Below, in pieces: positions 57,996-64,000 of a stretch of 64,000 bases of DNA. Every line of letters starts with the position of its first letter. The stretch's first letter is position 1. The stretch lies in the NCBI GenBank assembly GCA_007694165.1, contig RECE01000212.1, positions 29,505-93,504 of the forward strand, read 5' to 3'. The notes beneath the pieces are model-generated. The model searched no databases. It saw only the letters and a program-made list of their open reading frames with translations, and was not told the origin of the DNA. The stretch is from Bacteroidota bacterium. Its GTDB lineage: Bacteria > Bacteroidota > Bacteroidia > Bacteroidales > UBA7960. The position numbers were made by a program, and so were the translations under genes.

Positions 57996-59054
57996 TTAAA
58001 ATTGGTTTCGTGGATTCTTAACCCAGTAAAGGGTTTCATTACCAATAAATATCTGTGAAAACTTATTCAGTGGCAGGGTAGGGGCTCTTAACCCCTTCTC
58101 GAAGAACTTACTTCCCTGAAAAATTCTTGCTTCATCCCAAAGATTCTTGCCGATAAATGCAGTAAGAAGCTTTTGCCCCCCCTCAATAATTACAGATTGA
58201 ATCTGCATTTTGTAAAGCTCATGTAGGATATTGTCAAGAAAACCAGGATGTGAAAAATCTGTTTTTATCCAGATGGTTTTATCCTGCTGTTTATTGGTAT
58301 TTTGATTGAATACTATGGTTTTTTGTGAGTTGTCAAACAGGTGCAGTGACGAGGAAAGGGTGAGGTTTTCATCCAGTACTATCCGGGTTGGGTTGCGGCC
58401 TGTCCAGTCGCGAACATTTAGTTTAGGATTGTCTTTAAGGGCCGTAATGGTACCAACCATTATGGATTGTTCTTCGGTTCTCCATTTGTGCACAAGCATT
58501 CTGAGTTTTTCGGAAGTTATCCACGTGGGACGCTTAGGGTTACCGGGTAATCTTTCAACATCGATAAACGCATCTGCGGTTTGTGCCCATTTAAGGATAA
58601 TATAAGGACGTTTTTTCTGATGAAAAGTAAAAAAGCGCCGGTTTAAATGCATCGAGGCCGGTTTTAGCATACCCACATCTACCTTTACACCGTTGTTTCT
58701 GAGTTTTGAAATGCCTTTTCCTGCAACGGCATCATAGGGGTCTACCGCCCCGATTACAACATGAGGTATTTCATGCTGGATAATAAGATCCGTGCAGGGT
58801 GGTGTTTTACCATAGTGGCAGCAGGGCTCAAGATTGACATAAAGCGTGGATTGCTTTAGCAGTGATTTATCTTTTACTGAATTAACAGCATTTACCTCTG
58901 CATGCGCCTTGCCATATTCCCTGTGATATCCTTCACCAATAACCTTGTTATTATGCACTATAACACAGCCTACAAGAGGGTTGGGGGCTACTTTGCCAAG
59001 ACCTTCCTTTGCCAGTTCAATACACCGGTGCATATAAAATTCATGTGTTTCCAT
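57996..59054 (-). CDS. ribD: Bifunctional riboflavin biosynthesis protein RibD (deaminase / reductase)
   Basis: 352 aa. CMP/dCMP deaminase zinc motifs HAEVNA and LEPCCHYGKTPPC, plus a C-terminal RibD_C reductase domain. Confidence 0.88.
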   Translation of the reverse strand: METHEFYMHRCIELAKEGLGKVAPNPLVGCVIVHNNKVIGEGYHREYGKAHAEVNAVNSVKDKSLLKQSTLYVNLEPCCHYGKTPPCTDLIIQHEIPHVVIGAVDPYDAVAGKGISKLRNNGVKVDVGMLKPASMHLNRRFFTFHQKKRPYIILKWAQTADAFIDVERLPGNPKRPTWITSEKLRMLVHKWRTEEQSIMVGTITALKDNPKLNVRDWTGRNPTRIVLDENLTLSSSLHLFDNSQKTIVFNQNTNKQQDKTIWIKTDFSHPGFLDNILHELYKMQIQSVIIEGGQKLLTAFIGKNLWDEARIFQGSKFFEKGLRAPTLPLNKFSQIFIGNETLYWVKNPRNQF

Positions 59055-59057
59055 TCA

Positions 59058-59091
59058 ATAAAAATGCCCTTTATACATTAAATACAAGGGC
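59058..59091 (-). terminator. Probable intrinsic terminator after the histidine kinase gene
   Basis: On the minus strand, GCCCTTGTA-TTTAATG-TATAAAGGGC is followed by ATTTTTATT. The stem is imperfect. Confidence 0.45.
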
Positions 59092-59135
59092 CAAAATTAC
59101 TATTTTATGTTTTACACAGGCAATAAACAAGGGTA

Positions 59136-61889
59136 CTATTCTAACTTCTGATGGATATTTGTGGTATTGTTACTAAGATAATCCTTATGCAATTGCCTGA
59201 GGATGTAAATGATTTTCCTGGAGTCCTCATCGAGCTCACGGCAGAGCTCCTCAAGCCTGGCCGGGTTACTCTTTGATTTGGTCAGTTCCTGAATCTGGGT
59301 TATTTTGTCTGACACCTCGCTGAACCCCATGTAGCTGTATCCGGGTTTAATTTTGTGAACCAACTTGCCCAGGTTTTCGAGATCCTGATCATAAAAGGCC
59401 TCATTGATACCAACAATGGTTCTTGGTATTTCTTTCAAAAACCTGACAATCAGCGCTACAGTAGCTTCGGTATCCTCATCGAAAATATCAGCAAGAGCTT
59501 TCTGAATGCGTAGTTTGGACTTTTCCAGGTTTTGTTCTTTGGGTTGTTCCTTGCTTACCGGTCGTGCTTTCTTTTCAACAAAACATGTTTTGGTATTTCT
59601 CAGTGCAGAGATTATTTTCTTATAAATGATATCCTGCTCAGAGGGTTTGGTTATAAAGTCATTCATGCCGGCCTCTTTGACCTTTTGACGGGTTTCAGAT
59701 GTTACATCAGCAGTAAGTGCCACTATAGGAAGATCGTGGTTCAAAACGGCAGATTGTGGGTTCCTGATTTTCCGGGCTGCTTCGTACCCATTAAGTTCAG
59801 GCATGTGCAAATCCATAAGTACGAGGTGGTAGTCATTTTTCTCCAGTTTTTCGATGGCTTCTCTACCGTTTTGTGCAATGTCAAGCAATCCGTTCCATTT
59901 TTCAATTATTTGCTTCATTACAAACTGATTCATCTTGTCGTCCTCAGCCATAAGGATTTTTACACCACTCAGATCCTTTATTCTGCCACTCACTTTAGTC
60001 ATGTCGGGTACGAAAGTTTTTTCACTTATCTCGTAGTTTAAACAAAACCAGAAAGTAGAACCCATACCTTCGATACTTTTCAAGCCAATTCTGCCGTTTT
60101 GCAGTTCAACCAGCTTCTTGCTGATAGACAAGCCCAGTCCTGTTCCGCCGTATTTGCTTGATGTGTCGCTTTCAGCCTGAGTAAAGCTTTGAAAAAGTTG
60201 GCTTTGCTTATGTTCGGGAATCCCAATGCCGGTATCAGAAACTGAAAATTTGATTTCGGCCTTATCAGTACCACGATGAAGAATTTTTACCTGTATATCT
60301 ACATGCCCTTCGTGAGTAAATTTAATGGCATTACTCAAAAGGTTGAGCAGGATTTGTCGCAGCCTGGATGGATCGCCTTTGAGAACCGGAGGAACATCAG
60401 GGTCAATAAAAGTATTGATAGCAATCTGGGTTTCATTGGCTTTGAATTCAACTGTTTTAACAGATTCGTTTATAAGGGTATAAACATCAAATTCAATTTT
60501 TTCCAATTCAACTTTACCTGCTTCCAGCTTGGAGAAATCAAGCACATCATTGATTACGCCCAGCAAATGGTCTGAGGAATACTTGATAGACTTCATATTT
60601 TGCATTTGCTTTGAGGTAAGCTGTTCTCCCTCAATAATCAAGTCAGTTAGTCCGATAATGGCATTAAGAGGCGTTCTTATTTCATGGCTCACATTGGAAA
60701 CAAAGAAAGATTTCACCTGGGTGGCTTCTTCAGCCATTTCTTTTGCCTTTTTCAGCTCTTCTTCTACTTTTCTTCTCTCGGTAATGTCAAATACGATACA
60801 ATAACTCAGTAAGGTAGATTGAACTTCTATCATACTGGTATATATCTCTACATCTCGTTCAGAGCCATCAGCAAGTTTGTGCTTAAGATAGTAATAGTTT
60901 CTGTTTTCGGCTTTGGCTTGTACAATTTCTCTTTTGATGCTCATTGATGACAGCACATTGATATGTGACATGTTCATGGTTACAAGCTTTTCCCTTGAAT
61001 AGCCATAATAATTGATAGCTGCCTGATTGGCATCCTGTATATTGCCGGTATCAGGGTCGATAATGAGCATGATAGCCGAATTCTTCGAGAAAAAGTTTTT
61101 GTAACGGAGCTCACTTTCCTTAATGTGTAATTCAGTATTTTTTCTTTCTGTAATGTCAATTGCGGTGGCAATTACAGCAGGCTGATTGTAAAAGTCAATG
61201 GACCTGGTAGACAAATCAATCCATTTCTCTGTTTGGTTTTTGGTAATGATACGGAACTCACCTCTGAAACTAAAAGTTTTGTTTTTTGCATCAATGGCGT
61301 CTACTGCAGGATTATTCAGGCTGCTGGGATGTATGAGCTGCCATATTTCCATTTGGGTGAGTTCCTCACGGGTAAAACCTGTAAGGTCTACCAAAGCAGA
61401 GTTAACGAACCCGAGCCTGAAATTCTGAAAAATCATGATAGCAGAGGGGTTGGCTTCCAGCAAGGTTCTGAATCGGTATTCGGTTGTTTGAGCCGTTTTT
61501 CTTGCCTGTAGGGTATTGTAAAGCAGAAACAGCAAAATTGCTGTTCCTAAAAGCAGCAAGCCTAAGATAAAAAAGAGATTGTTGACAAAATATGCTGAGC
61601 TCAACCCTGATATCATAAGTTTAGACCCGGGAATATGTGAATGCTCTGAAGAAAGGGGATTGTAGAAGTGGGAAACAGCATATAAACTTGCATAGTGATG
61701 AACCTTACCATAATTAAATGCATTATAGGAACCAACCTCTTCTGAAGGATGGTTCTGCAATGTGTTGCTGCTTATACTCTGCATTTTCCGGGGGAGGCCG
61801 GAGTAACTGTCAAAGTTGACAATTGTTATGGTTAGTATAATCAGTGCAAAAGAAAAGATTGCAATAAAAAGTACAAATAACCTTTTCAC
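59136..61889 (-). CDS. Hybrid sensor histidine kinase / response regulator (TM-PAS-PAS-HisKA-HATPase-REC-HPt)
   Basis: 917 aa. H-box SHEIRTPLNAI. N and G boxes: LLNLLSNAIKF, DTGIGI, GGTGLGLSI. Receiver domain: ILMAEDD...LVLMDLHMPELNG. C-terminal HPt-like: LVHKIKPGYSYMGF. Confidence 0.88.
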   Translation of the reverse strand: MKRLFVLFIAIFSFALIILTITIVNFDSYSGLPRKMQSISSNTLQNHPSEEVGSYNAFNYGKVHHYASLYAVSHFYNPLSSEHSHIPGSKLMISGLSSAYFVNNLFFILGLLLLGTAILLFLLYNTLQARKTAQTTEYRFRTLLEANPSAIMIFQNFRLGFVNSALVDLTGFTREELTQMEIWQLIHPSSLNNPAVDAIDAKNKTFSFRGEFRIITKNQTEKWIDLSTRSIDFYNQPAVIATAIDITERKNTELHIKESELRYKNFFSKNSAIMLIIDPDTGNIQDANQAAINYYGYSREKLVTMNMSHINVLSSMSIKREIVQAKAENRNYYYLKHKLADGSERDVEIYTSMIEVQSTLLSYCIVFDITERRKVEEELKKAKEMAEEATQVKSFFVSNVSHEIRTPLNAIIGLTDLIIEGEQLTSKQMQNMKSIKYSSDHLLGVINDVLDFSKLEAGKVELEKIEFDVYTLINESVKTVEFKANETQIAINTFIDPDVPPVLKGDPSRLRQILLNLLSNAIKFTHEGHVDIQVKILHRGTDKAEIKFSVSDTGIGIPEHKQSQLFQSFTQAESDTSSKYGGTGLGLSISKKLVELQNGRIGLKSIEGMGSTFWFCLNYEISEKTFVPDMTKVSGRIKDLSGVKILMAEDDKMNQFVMKQIIEKWNGLLDIAQNGREAIEKLEKNDYHLVLMDLHMPELNGYEAARKIRNPQSAVLNHDLPIVALTADVTSETRQKVKEAGMNDFITKPSEQDIIYKKIISALRNTKTCFVEKKARPVSKEQPKEQNLEKSKLRIQKALADIFDEDTEATVALIVRFLKEIPRTIVGINEAFYDQDLENLGKLVHKIKPGYSYMGFSEVSDKITQIQELTKSKSNPARLEELCRELDEDSRKIIYILRQLHKDYLSNNTTNIHQKLE

Positions 61890-62238
61890 TTATTTAGCGA
61901 TTATTCAAAAATCAGCCCATAAAAAGCCAATTTATGAGTTTGTGTTGTCGGAATTTGTTGATTAATACAATCAACGGCACAAATATAGAAATAAAAAAAG
62001 TAATTTCAAAGCAAAAAAAGAACGACAAACAGTAAAAATATTTCTATGAACGTTAATTAATTGTATTACTAACTGACTGTCAAAAGGATAAGAACCTGGA
62101 AAACTTTTCATTAGTTATTAAGAATCAGGTTGTTTTTATCTGGACTGAATTAAAATAAGCCCCAGGCATGCATTGTTTGCTTATTGAATAATTTATTTAA
62201 TTGATTGCTGCATTACGATAAAATACAGGCACTTAATG

Positions 62239-63423
62239 TTAAATAAATTCCAGGATAACTTCTTTGAGAAATTTGTTTTCCAAAAGCGAAGCAATTTTTT
62301 TCACAACACTTCGCCTGATTTCCAGCTCCACGGGAAGGTTGGGATCCTGATGTGCAATATTGATGGCTGTGCCAATACATAAATAGATTTCGTCACTTTC
62401 CAGGAACAATTTTAAAATTTTATCAGCAGGCCCGTCGCCATGTTCAGTTCTTTCATTATACTTTTCCAGCAATCCTGATACTTTGCTCAAGGTAAGAATT
62501 CCTTCTGTAGCCAGATCAATACCTTCCATGATTGAAATGGGGGGAAGGTCGGGATCTGTAAAGTCGAGCGTATCCTTAACATTAATATTTAGCTTCCTGG
62601 AAACAATATCTACTGTTGTTCCGCCGGATAATATTTTTTTCCCATTGAAGCTTTTTACCTTCTCAGCCAGGTAATCATCTTTGCTTTTATCAAAAGGTGG
62701 GCCTGAGCACAATAAGAGTTTCCTGGGCTCACGATAGTATACCACAACACTGCTGATGTCATCTTTTGACTGGTATTCATCGTTGGTGTGAGCTTTGTTT
62801 ACAATTACAGATGCAAGTTTGGTCGCAGAAATATTTGTATTTTCTGCAACTTTTGATGTCACGAGGTCACGTGTGTTTTCCCATCCGTATCCCAGCAGAT
62901 ATTTTCCTTTACCCAGTCCCGACTGGGTGATACCATCAGTAAGGATGACTACCCTGTCTTCCTTTTGGGCTTTAAAGGTGCAGGCTTTTATTTCGTTCTC
63001 TTTATTGGCCTGGCTGTCGAGGGAAATGGAATGCCATTCCGGGAAAAATAATTCATTTCCTCTCATTATAATAGCATCAGGGTTGTCGTAGTTGATGATA
63101 GTAGTCTGGCCGGTATCTTCAATATCGATGATGGTGAAGGTGGAGTAACTTATTTTTCGTTCGCTGCATACCGGCAGCGTATTCATGATAATCTCAGCAA
63201 TTTTGTGGACGTCTTTGTGTTCTACGGTAAAATTGAGTGCCATGGTGGCTGTAAGGGTAGCCAGCAGATTTGCTTTTACCCCGTGTCCCATGCCATCGGA
63301 AAGGACTACTATGGTGCGGTTTTCTTCTTTAACTTTGCGCGATAGAAAGACATCACCACAAATCCTTTCACCGATGTGACTTTTTTGAAATACCCCTACT
63401 TCTATATAAAAAGAATCGTCCAT
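62239..63423 (-). CDS. SpoIIE/PP2C-family protein phosphatase with an uncharacterised ~160-aa C-terminal domain
   Basis: 394 aa. GERICGDVF...VVLSDGMGHGVKANLLA and ILTDGITQSG are PP2C/SpoIIE metal-binding motifs. Confidence 0.8.
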   Translation of the reverse strand: MDDSFYIEVGVFQKSHIGERICGDVFLSRKVKEENRTIVVLSDGMGHGVKANLLATLTATMALNFTVEHKDVHKIAEIIMNTLPVCSERKISYSTFTIIDIEDTGQTTIINYDNPDAIIMRGNELFFPEWHSISLDSQANKENEIKACTFKAQKEDRVVILTDGITQSGLGKGKYLLGYGWENTRDLVTSKVAENTNISATKLASVIVNKAHTNDEYQSKDDISSVVVYYREPRKLLLCSGPPFDKSKDDYLAEKVKSFNGKKILSGGTTVDIVSRKLNINVKDTLDFTDPDLPPISIMEGIDLATEGILTLSKVSGLLEKYNERTEHGDGPADKILKLFLESDEIYLCIGTAINIAHQDPNLPVELEIRRSVVKKIASLLENKFLKEVILEFI

Positions 63424-63452
63424 GAATTGTTTTCTGCTGTTTGTATGCTGGT

Positions 63453-64000
63453 TTATTCTGTTTTCTTGATCTTTTTGTAGGTTTCAATAATAGAGTTGAG
63501 CATTTTCTCTGTTTTCGATGCACCTTCACCCAGGGAGAAAGCTATTTGCTGCACCATCTTCAGGTTTTCGTCAATTACTTCGCTCACCCTGTTGATTATC
63601 TCTTCCTGTCTTACTTCTGCCACATACATGTCTCTGAACACTGCTCCAACTATCTTGTTGGGTTTTAATGAAAATACACTGATATTGAGCAGCCCTTCGT
63701 GGTAGTTGACATCTCTCCCGATAATGTTTTCATCTTTTTGCATTACATAGCCAAACAGGTTATAAACATTGTAGGGGAGAAGGGTTTTTAAATCCGCGCC
63801 AATCAATCCCGGAATTACATCATTGATCATTTCGGCATCTTCGCCTAAAATATTGATAAAAGCCTTGTTAGACTCAATGACTTTAAATTTATCATCAACA
63901 ATTACGGCTGCCGAGGGCAGGCTTTGAAGCAAGGAAGAAACGGTTTCAGATTTTACTTTTATTTTTTGATTTTCTGTTTTGAGCAACTTTTCATTTTCTT
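63453..64000 (-). CDS. PAS-like domain protein, probably the C-terminal end of a longer protein whose start lies beyond the window
   Basis: The frame stays open to position 64000 (...ENEK precedes the TTG at 63986). LPSAAVIVDDKFKVIESNKAFINILG...ISVFSLKPNKIVGAVFRDM has a PAS-like pattern. Confidence 0.6.
   Translation of the reverse strand, partial: ENEKLLKTENQKIKVKSETVSSLLQSLPSAAVIVDDKFKVIESNKAFINILGEDAEMINDVIPGLIGADLKTLLPYNVYNLFGYVMQKDENIIGRDVNYHEGLLNISVFSLKPNKIVGAVFRDMYVAEVRQEEIINRVSEVIDENLKMVQQIAFSLGEGASKTEKMLNSIIETYKKIKKTE

Noticed and set aside
59055-59135. FMN riboswitch upstream of ribD
   Set aside because: Only 81 bp separate ribD from the upstream gene. A terminator-like hairpin occupies that gap, which is too short for an RFN element and lacks its motifs.

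Overview
This 64-kb window reads as core chromosome of a Bacteroidota bacterium. Supporting signs: three secreted proteins end in T9SS-type C-terminal sorting domains, there is a PorV/PorQ-like barrel, the gene order is rpmG-DUF4295-ftsY-rimO, TAnnTTTG -7 promoter boxes occur, and Shine-Dalgarno sites are mostly absent. I call 53 protein genes (two cut by the window edges), 2 tRNAs, several intrinsic terminators and a few short repeat families. Most genes are housekeeping: rplT, rpmG, ftsY, rimO, purK/purE, fbaB, gmhA/gmhB, ndk, lgt, dnaA and ribD, plus an array of FKBP isomerases, transporters and peptidases. I saw no transposase, integrase, CRISPR array, restriction/defence, toxin or phage genes. 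I cannot point to a clear new multi-gene system, so this looks like an ordinary region with a few oddities. In my order of interest these are: (1) a PAS / PP2C-phosphatase / hybrid histidine kinase sensory module at the right edge, which may belong to a phosphatase-linked sensory [FeFe]-hydrogenase locus; (2) an operon pairing a ComEA-type helix-hairpin-helix domain fused to a large outer-membrane beta-barrel with a PorV-like barrel; (3) a 1.08-kb AT-rich ORF-free region upstream of an XRE-type regulator; (4) a purK-purE spacer filled with three kinds of tandem repeat, and a purine-rich post-stop motif shared by two nearby genes; (5) a 353-bp element bounded by perfect 17-bp inverted repeats. 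Many ORF-track entries begin at upstream TTG/GTG codons; I trimmed these to the ATG that gives a sensible N-terminus or signal peptide.
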